This document shows, in pieces, positions 9,700 through 20,989 of a stretch of 64,000 bases of DNA. Under the pieces are notes generated by a model that worked only from the letters and a program-made list of their open reading frames with translations, had not been told where the DNA came from and ran no database searches. Position 1 is the stretch's first letter. Each line of letters starts with the position of its first letter. The position numbers were made by a program, and so were the translations under genes. The DNA comes from Mobula hypostoma (taxonomy: Eukaryota): contig NC_086101.1 of assembly GCF_963921235.1 (NCBI RefSeq), forward strand, positions 930,001 through 994,000. Direction: 5' to 3'.

Positions 9700-11792
9700 A
9701 CGGCTCAGGATTCCACTGAACGACAGAAGGTCCCTGTAGTTTAACAAACTTCAGTGCTGATAGTGATTTATGAGAATTCTCGTGCATATTGTTGTTATTA
9801 TCAAGTTCGTCTCTCACACTCAGCAGTACTAATAGGAATAGTTTGTGAACAGCTCAGTAATGGGTGTAAATCTTGGGGGATGCGGCGTCCACGATCCTCC
9901 ACATAATCTCTGAAGGTATTTATTACAGAGGAAGAAGAAAGCTTAAATCTCTTACAGAGAGATGATGTTGCAGCTTCTCCATAATTAGGCAGTATTTCAG
10001 CAGGCCAGTTGTCTTTATCAAGGACACACATTTCACTTAGCAGAGATTTATACAGACTTTGAGGTTTAGAAGTTTGAGAACCTTTCAAGGATGTTGCCGT
10101 GAACATACGGTGCTGCAAATTGTTTATAAGACTAGTAAGAAACTGCAGAAGGTTAATGAAGACAATTTTGTTGTTGCTTGATGAGTTAATTTCTCCAAAC
10201 TTCCCCTTTTCAACTGCCTCTTGAGCTTCTAGAGTTTTTGTACCAGGTTGCTCTTCCAGTCCATGCAGTGACCTTATGCTCAGACCAGTTGGACCAGTTT
10301 GTCTGCATAAACAATCGTAGTGGTGTGTTTCTGTAAACACTCTGACAGTAAACCAAGTTCATACAACGTGTCATACATTAGAGCTAAGTCCAATAGAAAC
10401 TGTTCTGAAGAGAGTCTTTTCAATAGACCTTCATAAGTTTTTCTGTCACTCCCAGATCTTGTTTCATCCTTCATTGTTCTTTCAAAATGAAAACACAGTG
10501 CTTCATAAATTTGTCACACTGCTAAACTGTTCAAAATGAGCTAGCTACCCACCTGGTGCCCAGAACACAGCCTATTTCGCAAATTTGTTGTTCTAGTTGA
10601 GAGGCACATTCAGACAGTTCCTTTTGACTCAAGAGGTGATCTACTGTAAACAGAGTACAATTTGTCCATAGATGATTGAAAATGATTTACTCCATGAACT
10701 TCTCTCACCAAATCACCTACTGCAAGTTCCAATCTGTGATTAAGACAGTGCCAAATTATCACATCAGGATAATGTTCCTTGAGAATTGTAGCAACACCAG
10801 ATTTGACACCAAACATTACGCTCGCCCTATCACTAGCAAATGCTACAAGGTTCTGTTTCAAGTAACAGTCATCAAACCCATGGTCATTGAGACAGTTCAA
10901 TAGATGCTTAGCAATAGTTGCAGCTTTCTGATCAGGCAGTTCAATTCGATCTAAAAACATAAAATGGGGATCACCTTCCTGATCACTTTCACATTTCAAA
11001 TAAACTATTAGGGCGGTCTTAATACTCAGGCTTATTGATTCATCAATGAGAACAGAAAATATGCCATTTATCTGCTCGATATGCTGGCAAATTTTATTTT
11101 TCATGTTAATGGCTAGGTGATTAATTATCTCCGTAGCACTAGTGCAGGATTGCAGTCCAATTCCAATGCCAATACCATTTTTTTTGAAGTTCCAATAAGC
11201 CAAGGTGATCAGAGTATGGTCTGTCATTCTGAGCTGAATAATATGCAGAACGAAAAGCTGAAGAAGTTGCCTTCAGATGCAAAGCATTCATGGTGTCACA
11301 AAATTTTTCAAGCGCATCTTCACTAGCTATATTTTCAACACTTAGAGCAGCAATGTGACCTTTTGATAGTTTGTGATCAACAATTATTTTTCTCTGAGAG
11401 ACTTCAAGCGTGTACTTCGATCGGCTCCATAATAGGATACTTGGTACGTCTGACAGCCTCAAACCCTTAGAAGTGAAAAGTGTCAGATTGCTTTTGTTTG
11501 CACATAGTTTACACTCAAGTTTATCATCCTTGAAGTCTAACCAGGGATAAGTTTCCTTCTCTTTCTTCCACATTTCTTCTGTCCAAACATCTGAACAGGG
11601 ATACAAGCCTGACTTCGAAGGACCATTACTTTCAGAACTGCATTTGGACCCGGTTAGAAAATTTGAACTAGAAACAGGCGAAACACAGCTTTTGTCACTT
11701 TTACTGTTATCAGTCTCTTGTACGTTATTCTTGTTACGCTCCTCAGTTTGTTTACGGAAGAAAGAAGTTAATGTTGTTTGCTTAGAAGCCAT
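9700..11792 (-). pseudogene. Frameshifted hAT transposase (KIAA1586/ZNF862-like family)
   Basis: Pieces in successive frames: MASKQTTLTSFF..YPWLDF..CKLC, FSVLIDES, FASDRASVMFG..SGV..HCLNHRLEL, GTRWVASS, IPISTAECER (hAT dimerisation motif). TIRs not identified. Confidence 0.9.
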
Positions 11793-12689
11793 TGGGCTGT
11801 TAGTGAGAAAAATTTACTTTTGTATTAGCGAGTAACCAACGGACTAATACAACCGAGTCGGAGCAGAGAGCAGGGCCCACAGCACCTAGCAGTATTCCTA
11901 AGCAGGTATAAAAATAACAGAAATAAAGCAAATAAGCTTTTTACACTTTTAGCCACCTAAATTGGAACCAAGTAATCAAGTATGAGAGAAGAATGTCTGA
12001 TGAACTTTTGCTAAAGCCACAAATATTGCTGAATATTCATTGTCTCACTAAATTACTCTTTTTCCTATCAACCCAAAGAGAAAAAGAGCCTCCTTCCAAT
12101 CAACTATAGTTGGTGGAGCTCGGCCAAGGGGTTGATCTGCTATTAATGATAGTTGAAATAACGTAAAACTAGTTTATAGCCTAGAAATGTTATTTTCAAT
12201 TTGGCTTGTAAAAAGAAAACTAAATTTATCCAGGTGTAGACGAGGATTTTGGGTGATTATCTTGACTATTTCATCAAAATCAGGCCGTAAGGTAAGCGAG
12301 CAGTGAATTTTTCTTGCATTATTTTCAACATTTAACCTTAGGTTTCGATGTTCATTCCTTGCTTAATATAGTTCCTACCTGGAATCCAATGGTACCCATT
12401 GGAAAGAGCGGAAAAATGCTCGCACTTGTGTACAGGTATTTCCCAGCTTCCTAGGACAACGGGTCGAGTGAGGAGGAATTTCACAAATACCTAAATAAAA
12501 AACAATCACAGCTCCAGGATTTGACTAAAAATGATCAAAATTCCTCATGTTATTAGTGGATTTTCCCCACCAACCACCACCCCCTCTCTCTAAACTGCGC
12601 CCCCGTAAAATTTCCTCTATTTAATATGCGCCTGCTGTTAAATTCCCCGCTTGTTTGTTTTGACTATTTTTTTAACAGAGGTGCCGGGG

Positions 12690-12925
12690 TAACGATCACT
12701 TCGCGCATGCTCACAGTCTCCAGGTGGGCGGTGTTTTCCTTTCCGCTCAGTGCTGAAGCGGATATCTGCGGGATCAGGAAATGTCCCTCGCCTCCTGGGT
12801 CAGGGAGTTGGGGGTTGGGATCACTGTCTGCAGGATTGGGAAAGGGTCCTCTCCTCCTGGGTTGGGGAGCCGGCGGTCGAGATCACTGTCTACGGGCCGA
12901 CGATATCACTTTCCCATCGGTGAGT
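12690..12925 (+). promoter_or_regulatory. Promoter/first-exon-like island ending in a canonical donor
   Basis: NRF1-like CGCGCATGCT near 12702, CpG-rich stretch, then CG|GTGAGT at 12920. Confidence 0.45.
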
Positions 12926-13699
12926 ATTGAGAGCGATCCCGAGCAGGGAGATCTTATGTTGGCTGTGAGCCCCGAACTGAGGGCAAATTACTCATTTAGT
13001 ACCCAGTTATCTGGGCTCGTCAAAAAATGTGTCGACTTCATTTAATCTGCATTGTACGATCCAAACCAGGAGCCCAGGCTGTCTATTTCCTCAGAATTGA
13101 AATGGGATTCCTGCCAACAGGTCATGTGATGCTGTTTACCTCAGATCTGCCCCGCTCTCCACTTTGTGATGCAAGATCACATGGTGTGTGTTCACAGTCC
13201 CCGGATTGGTGTTGATGCTTCCTCCATGGTGTGTTAGGGAAATCTGATGTTGGCCACTGAGTCCCATTAACTTCCCCCAACTCACCTCGCTTCCTGAGAG
13301 GCTCCTCGCATTTGTCCTTGAGCTTTATGGCTGTTGTATTGAAAGGAGAACGTCCCAGGTTGTAAGGATCTTTGATTTCACTGCCTGCTTTACCGAGGGA
13401 CTGGGAATGGTTTCTGTGATGCGCTGATCTGTATCCAAAGGTCCCTGCAGTTCCTCGCAGTCACAGGCAGAGCACTTAACATGCAAAGGCATGAAGTGTC
13501 CGGATGGGAAACTTGATATGGTGTGTTGATAGAAATTTGGTGAGGGTCAAAGTATATATGGCAAAGTTCTTATTGTCTGTTCTAACTTTGTCACTTTAGA
13601 ATCTCTTATACAGTAGTAGGTACTATTCATTCAGTATCTGGTTATTACTGGAGGACCATCAGCGTGGCCTGGCTAGTGTCTTGGCTTTAGCCCCCTGCT

Positions 13700-14430
13700 T
13701 TTATATTCACGGGGCAAGATGGGACTGCGTTGATCTACAAAGGGATCCTGGAATCCAAGGTCACATCTCCCAGATACCGGTCCCAGTGCCAGGCGGTTGT
13801 GTTGTATCTGGAGAATTGCATTCTAATATAGGAATAATGTGGAGGATTTGGATGACGATTAGAAGAGGCTTTAATGGAATGCTACCTGGATAAGGAAAGA
13901 TTGGTCAACCTCGGGTAATTTTCTTTGGAGCGGCAGAGGCTCAGGGAGGTCTGACAGAAGTTTATAGGAATATGAGAGGCACAGACAGAGTGAACAGCGG
14001 GTACTTTTTTTCCTAAGGAGGAAATGTCTAAAACCAGAGGGCATGCACTTCAGGAGAAAGGGGGAACACCACCCCATTGGTCCTTTCTGCTCTATTTATT
14101 TTGTAATTTAGTGTAATTTTGTATCTTTCCTCTGCACAGCTGCTGTTAAAAGAAACAATTAGAAATGACAATGATGTTAAAAACCTGACTCAGAATGTTT
14201 AAAGGGGATGTGCATTGCAAGTTATTTTGCCTACCTATTGTGGGGAGTGTCTGGAATGAATGTCAGGGGTGGTGGTGGAGGCAGGTACGATAGAGGCTAT
14301 TAGATACCACAAGAATGTGTGGAGAATGGAGTGATGTGGACCTTGTGTAGGCAGAGGGATTGGTGTAGTGAGGCATGAAATGACCGGTTCAGTTGGTTCA
14401 GATCAACACAGTGAGCAGAAGGACCTGTTC
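13700..14430 (+). mobile_element. Highly decayed CR1 3' fragments
   Basis: Patchy similarity to CR1 ORF2 C-terminus and 3'UTR (e.g. ctttggagcggcagaggctcagggagg). Confidence 0.55.
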
Positions 14431-14479
14431 AAGGACAAGTACAACAAGTACAGCAGGTAAACTGGATACAATGTCAGAG

Positions 14480-15620
14480 AACAGATGTGATGTCAGTGGG
14501 TATATGTCGTCATCACAGTCCTCTCACTAAAGATACTTTACTGTTGGATGAAGTGAAGTTTGTGATGTTTATAACTGATGTGGTGAATTGTACTGATCAG
14601 ACATCTCGTCCAACTGAGGAAATTACAATTACTGTGAAAGCTGCAGAAAGGTATCTTAGTGTAACTGGTGTTATGTGGGAAGCTGTAATTGAAGCTCTGA
14701 TTGGAGGGGTATCTGTATCCCAGTCTACTTGTGAAGGTACGTAATGGAATTAAAGATGGAATGCAAGAAGCATGAGTTCTAGTAGTCAAGACTTTAAGAA
14801 GTTTATTTCCGATTTGTCAGTCAGATTCTCCCGATGTTATATGTATTGAGGAAACCTGGCATTTGCACATTTAAAGGACTTTTTTCTGTGCAGGGTTATG
14901 TTGTTAGTGGTCGTGATGGGTTAGTTGATAGAGGAGTGGTGTTGCCAATTTTATAAGGAATGGGGTAGGGTGTAGAGTTGTGAAAGTGAACGAAATGTAT
15001 GAGTAACTTGTAGTAGAATTATTTGATTCAGCAGGTAGGTGTATAAAAGTGGTTAGTTTTTACAACCCTTGTGGAAAACTTTCAACTGATTTGTGACAAA
15101 GTGTATGTAGATCTCGCTCACTAAGGGTTGAATGGTGTGGGGATTTTAACGCACATAGTTCACTGTGGGGTTGTTTGTGGAATGATGGCAATGGTTTGAT
15201 TGTCGAAGAGTTTCTCAACTTGTGTGTCTGAATGGATACGAGATTTACTGTTTATAGTAGTTCTGGAACTGCTACAGAATGGTGAGGAAGATGTGTATTT
15301 TTTCACTGAAGGGTTATGTCACAATATTTAGCAAACTGCATTGGAAGTGATTCCCATTACAAACAGAATTAATAAGAGAAAGGCTGGACCATGGTGGACT
15401 GAGGACTGTGCAGAGGCAATTATGGAGAGAACGTTAGGTATCACTCTCCGAGTGACCTTATTAAGTATAAAAGGGCACAGGCCGTGGTGAGGAAAGTGGT
15501 GAAGATTGTGAAAAAAACGTAAGAACATAAGAAATAGGAGCGACGTGGAGAGAAATCGTCCGCCAACTGGAAACTCCAGATGTGACCTACGATTGATCGA
15601 TATGGAACACATGGTAATCG
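14480..15620 (+). mobile_element. Nimb/I-clade LINE fragment (ORF1 end plus endonuclease), decayed
   Basis: KFVMFITDVVNCTDQT..VKAAERYL; PDVICIEETW; WCGDFNAHSSLWG; PWWTEDC. Confidence 0.7.
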
Positions 15621-16326
15621 AGCAACACACATAAAAGTTGCTGGTGAACGCAGCAGGCCAGGCAGCATCTCTAGGAAGAGGTGCAGTTGACGTTTCAGGC
15701 CGAGACCCTTCGTCAGGACTAACTGAAGGAAGAGTGAATGAGGGATTTGAAAGTTGAAGGGGGAGGGAGAGATCCAAAATGATAGGAGAAGACAGGAAGG
15801 GGAGGGATGGAGCCAAGAGCTGGACAGGTGATAGGCAAAAGGGGATACGAGAGGACCATGGGACAGGAGGTCCGGGAAGAAAGACGGGGGGGGGACCCAG
15901 AGGATGGACAAGGGGTATATTCAGAGGGACAGAGGGAGAAAAAGGAGAGTGAGAGAAAGAATGTGTGTATAAAAATAAGTAACAAATGGGGTACGAGGGG
16001 GAGGTGGGGCATTAGCGGAAGTTAGAGAAGTCGATGTTCATGCCATCAGGTTGGAGGCTACCCAGACGGAATGTAAGGTGTTGTTCCTCCAACCTGAGTG
16101 TGGCTTCATCTTTACAGTAGAGGAGGCCATGGATAGACATGTCAGAATGGGAATGGGATGTGGAATTAAAATGTGTGGCCACTGGGAGATCCTGCTTTCT
16201 CTGGCGGACAGAGCGTAGATGTTCAGCAAAGCGGTCTCCCAGTCTCGCAGGATATACTGCGTCCGGTGCTCCCGATGTGGCCTTTTATATATTGGCGAGA
16301 CCCAACGCAGACTGGGAGACCACTTC
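15621..16326. mobile_element. Fold-back Penelope insertion (minus arm 15621-16245, plus arm 16246-16326, truncated by CR1)
   Basis: Minus arm is the reverse complement of 27675-28287; plus arm is GIY-YIG (YCVRCSRCGLLYIGET). Confidence 0.9.
15684..15721 (-). ncRNA. Minimal type I hammerhead ribozyme (Penelope-borne)
   Basis: Minus strand reads TAGTC-CTGACGA-AGGGTCTCGGCCT-GAAAC-GTC-AACTG. Confidence 0.7.
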
Positions 16327-16726
16327 CCTGGAGCGTAGAAGAATGAGGGGAGATTTGATAGAGGTATATAAAATTATGATGGGTATAGATAGAGTGAATG
16401 CAAGCAGGCTTTTTCCACTGAGGCAAGGGGAGAAAAAAACCAGATGACATGGGTTAAGGGTGAGGGGGGAAAAGTTTAAAGGGAACATTAGGGGGGGCTT
16501 CTTCACACAGAGAGTGGTGGGAGTATGGAATGAGCTGCTAGACGAGGTGGTAAATGCGGGTTCTTTTTTAACATTTAAGAATAAATTGGACAGATACATG
16601 GATGGGAGGTGTATGGAGGGATATGGTCCGTGTGCAGGTCAGTGGGACTAGGCAGAAAATGGTTCGGCACAGCCAAGAAGGGCCAAAAGGCCTGTTCTGT
16701 GCTGTAGTTTCTATGGTTCTATGGTT
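16327..16726 (+). mobile_element. CR1 LINE 3' end
   Basis: SLERRRMRGDLIEVYKIM...FFTQRVVGVWNEL; (TTCTATGG)n tail. Confidence 0.9.
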
Positions 16727-17003
16727 TTGTGATCGAATATTCCAGCCAGGAGTACAGGTCAAACCAGCCACGAATAAAACTCCTTTGCTGATTGCCAAAT
16801 TGTTGCGAGCGGCAAAGGGTACTTGTTCAATGCTGGTCGACAGGGTCCTTCCTCAGGCTGCTGGCTAACATCGCTAACAGTATTCCCACTAGCACTAAGA
16901 ACAGCTTCATCCACGTTCTCTTCCGAATCCCGCTCCATTTCTTGTTCCTCTACTTCGTCCTCACACTCCTTCGATGAACTGCTGTCATCCTCATCCCCAC
17001 TTA
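16727..17003 (-). mobile_element. hAT transposase N-terminal fragment with TTF-type zinc finger (continues at 18797-18904)
   Basis: Acidic tract, then GPCRPALNKYP...NQQRSFIRGWFDLYSWLEYSI. Confidence 0.7.
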
Positions 17004-18796
17004 CTTAGTCATAGTCATAGCCATACTTTATTGATCCCGGGGGAAACTGGTTTTCGTTACAGTTGCTCCATAAATAATAAATAGTAATAGAACCATAAAT
17101 AGTTAAATAATAATATCTAAATTATGCCAGTAAATTATGAAATAAGTCCAGGACCAGCCTATTGGCTCAGGGTGTCTGACCCTCCAAGGGAGGAGTTGTA
17201 AAGTTTGATGGCCACAGGCAGGAATGACTTCCTATGACGCTCTGTGTTGCATCTCGGTGGAATGAGTCTCTGGCTGAATGTACTCCTGTGCCCAACCAGT
17301 ACATTATGTAGTGGATGGGAGACACTGACCAAGATGGCATGCAACTTAGACAGCATCCTCTTTTCAGACACCACCGTGAGAGAGTCCAGTTCCATCCCCA
17401 CAACATCACTGGTCTTACGAATGAGTTTGTTGATTCTGTCTGCTACTCTCAGCCTGCTGCCCCAGCACACAACGGCAAACATGATAGCACTGGCCACCAC
17501 AGACTCGTAGAACATCCTCAGCATCGTCCGGCAGATGTTAAAGGACCTCAGTCTCCTCAGGAAATAGAGACGGCTCTGACCCTTCTTGGAGACAGCCTCA
17601 GTGTTCTTAGACCAGTCCAGTTTATTGTCAATTCGTATCCCCAGGTATTTGTAATCCTCCATCATGTCCACCCTGACCTCCTGGATGGAAACAGGGGTCA
17701 CAGGTACCTTAGCTCTCCTCAGGTCTACCACCAGCTCCTTCGTCTTTTTCACATTAAGCTGCAGATAATTCTGCTCACACCATGTGACAATGTTTCCTAC
17801 CATAGCAATGTACTCAGCCTCATCTCCCTTGCTGATGCATCCAACTATGGCAGAGTCATCCGAAAACTTCTGAAGATGACAAGACTCTGTGCAGTAGTTG
17901 AAGTCCAAGGTGTAAATGGTGAAGAGAAAGGGAGACAAGACAGTCCCCTGTGGAGCCCCAGTGCTGCTGATCACTCTGTCGGACACACAGTGTTGCAAGC
18001 ACACGTACTGTGGTCTGCCAGTCAGGTAATCAAGAATCCATGATACCAGGAAAGCATCCACCTGCATCGCTGTCAGCTTTTCCCCCAGCAGAGCAGGGCA
18101 GATGGTGTTGAACGCACTGGAGAAGTCAAAAAACATGACCCTCACAGTACTCGCTGGCTTGTCCAGGTGGGCGTAGACACAGTTCAGCAGGTAGACGATG
18201 GCATCCTCAACTCCTAGTCGGGGCTGGAAGGCGAACTGGAGGGGATCTAAGTGTGGCCTGACCATAGGCCGGAGCAGATCCAGAACAAGTCACTCCAGGG
18301 TCTTCATGATGTGGGAGGTCAATGCCACCGGTCTATAGTCATTGAGGCCACTGGGGTGCGGCGTCTTCAGCACAGGGACAAGGCAGGACGTCTTCTACAG
18401 CACAGGAACCCTCCAGAGCCTCAGGCTCAGGTTGAATACATGGCGAAGTACTCCACATAGCTGAGGGGCACAGGCTTTGAGCACCCTGGTACTGACACCA
18501 TCCAGTCCTGCAACTTTGCTTGGGTTGAGATGTTTCAGCTGTCTTCTCACCTGTTCAGCTGTGAAGCCCACCGTGGTGGTTTCGTGTGGGGAAGGGGTAT
18601 AGTCATGAGAGCAGGATGGGGGACTGTGAGGAGGGGTAGGAGGGGAGAGTGGAATATGTGTTGGTTGGGGGCCGACAACAGATGGCTCATGTGGGGGATG
18701 GGCAGGGGTCACAATGTCAAATCTGTTAAAGAGCAGGTTAAGTTCATTGGCCCTGTCCACACTGCCTTCAGTTCCTCTGTTGCTAGTTTGCAGAAA
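17004..18796 (-). mobile_element. Rex1/Babar-type LINE with RT domain (ORF 17159-18265)
   Basis: DPLQFAF, FFDFSSAFNTI, GAPQGTVLSPFLF, KFSDD; (CTATGA)n tail. Confidence 0.95.
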
Positions 18797-18904
18797 CCCA
18801 TTGTTGGGTTCTTTCTGCATGTCACTTTCAATTAAGACAGGCTCAGGCTGAGACACCACTGATTCCTCTGGATGAGGTCGTTTTCTCACTAAAAATCGAT
18901 CCAT
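18797..18904 (-). mobile_element. Start of the hAT transposase split by Rex1 (MDRFLVRKRP...)
   Basis: N-terminus typical of hAT transposases, on the same strand as 16727-17003. Confidence 0.55.
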
Positions 18905-18920
18905 TTTTCATGCCGGCCAA

Positions 18921-19084
18921 AATAATAGGCTGGTCCTGGACTTATTTCCATCTGGCATAATTTACATATTATTATTTAATTATTTATGGTTTTATATTGC
19001 TATATTATACCCTATTGTTGGTTGGTGCAACTGTAACGAAACCCAATTTCCCTCGGGATCAATGAAGTATGTCTGTCTGTCTGT
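18921..19084 (+). mobile_element. Rex1-type 3'UTR fragment with (TCTG)n tail
   Basis: aataggctggtcctggacttatttc...cgggatcaatgaagtatgtctgtctg matches the 3' end of the Rex1 copies. Confidence 0.8.
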
Positions 19085-19339
19085 TTGAAATGACTCTTGC
19101 TCTGGGATAATCTAATGTGCATGTGGGGGTGGCTACTGATATGCAGCTGTGACGAGTCTCAAGGCAGATTTACAGTGGAAGCTTATTCAATTGATCCAGG
19201 ACAAACTAACTCCCACATATGGTCTACATATTAATTCATTAATTGAATCACAATCTGTCACCGTGGGGATTGCGCCGGTCAGATGTTATCAGGGGATCAG
19301 CGGGGTGAAATCTCCGGTCACCCCGGTGTTTCAGTTCAT

Positions 19340-19870
19340 TAATAAAGCCCCGTCCTGAGCACAGGCCAGACGCGGCCGCAGAGTCTCCAGTCCGGGACCA
19401 GCTCATCACATTCACCGCCTGATCTCCCAGGTGTTTCTAAGGTTAGGACGGCTTTGTGGGCCGAAGGGCCTGTGTAGTGCTGTGGTTTTCTATGTTTATT
19501 CCCGGGCGCATTGTCCCATCGACCGGCAGCTCCGGGAGGTTACGATCGTGTGCGGGTGGGTGGGGAGGGGCAAAGCACCGGCCGGGAGACCCGATATCTT
19601 ATTGGACCGGTAAGATGTCAGTCAAAGACGTACTCCGGATTCCCCCCGCGCATTCGTCTGTGGATATGTCCATCTACTTTCACATTCCCGCCCACCGAAC
19701 TCAGCCCACAAAGTGGCGGGGATCTAGTGGGTTGCTGATGGGCTAATCCAATGTCAATCACACCAGTCTCCGTCTTCCCCTCGAATGATTGGCTGACGTG
19801 AAGAACGAGGGCGGGGTTTGCATAAACGGCGGTGGACATTCTAATTTAAAGCCGCATTCCGGCCGCCAAC
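19340..19870. promoter_or_regulatory. CpG-island promoter-like element (CCAAT boxes, CRE half-site, GC box, octamer-like, TATA-like)
   Basis: ATTGG 19601, CCAAT 19748, ATTGG 19788, TGACGT 19794, GGGCGGGG 19809, GTTTGCAT 19816, TTTAAAG 19845. Confidence 0.55.
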
Positions 19871-20066
19871 TGGACTGGAGTGTGGTGCAGAGAATTGGCA
19901 AATAAAACCCTCACTGCTTCCTTCTTCAAATGAAACCTAAATTACCCCCAAAAAGTCCTACAGATCGTACGCAATGAAACACAATACAGTGAATTAAATT
20001 AAAGTTACTGCCATAACTTAAGAGAGCTTTTAAATGAAAACTACACGACTCAGAATGATGTTTTAT

Positions 20067-20897
20067 AAACACAGAAAACCTACAGCACAATACAAGCTCT
20101 TCGGCCCACAAAGCTGTGCCGAACAGGTCCTTTCCTTAGAACTACCTAGGGTCACCCATAGTCCTCTATTTTTCTAACTTGCATGTATCTATCCAGGAGT
20201 CTCTTAAAAGACCCTATAGTTTCCGCCTCCACCATCGCCGCCGGCAGCCCATTCCACACACTCACCACTCTCTGCGTGAAAAACTTTCCCCTGACATCTC
20301 CTCTATACCTACTCCCCAGCACCTTAAACCTGTGCACTCTCGTGCTAGCAATTTCAGCCCTGGGGAAAAGCCTCTGACTATCCACACGATCAATGCCTCT
20401 CATCATCTTGTACACCTCTATCAGGTCACCTCTCATCCTCCATCGCTCCAAGGAGAAAAGGCCAAGTTCACTCAACCTATTCTCATAAGGCATGCCCCCC
20501 AATCCAGCCAACATCCTTGTAAATCTCCTCTGCACCCTTTCTATAGTTTCCATATTCAGTGAGGCAACCAGAACTGAGCTACTGTACTCCAAGTGGGGTC
20601 TGACCAGGGTCCTATATAGCTGCAACATTACCTCTCGGCTCTTGAACTCAGCCCCACGATCGATGAAGGCCAATACACCGTATGCCTTCTTAACCACAGA
20701 GTAAACCTGCACAGCAGCTTTGAGTGTCCTCTGGACTCGGACCCCGAGATCCCTCTGATCCTCCACACTGCCAAGAGTCTTACCATTGATGCTATATTCT
20801 GCCATCATACTTGACCTACCAAAATGAACCATCTTACATTTATCTGGGTTGAACTCCATCTGCCACTTCTCAGCCCAGTTTTATATCCTATCAATGA
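20067..20897 (-). mobile_element. CR1 LINE 3' fragment
   Basis: ORF 20152-20859 reads MEFNPDKC...LYRTLVRPHLEY...FFTQRVVSVWNGLP. Confidence 0.9.
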
Positions 20898-20989
20898 CCA
20901 ACACAAACAAAGGAATAATTAAGCATAGTATGTCAAATTCTAAGTCGTGTCAATGTAATTCCTTATCTTCTTGTTTTACCCCCTTCCCC

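Noticed and set aside
9700..11792. Domesticated KIAA1586/ZNF862 host gene
   Set aside because: Multiple frameshifts and stops; better explained as a dead hAT transposon.
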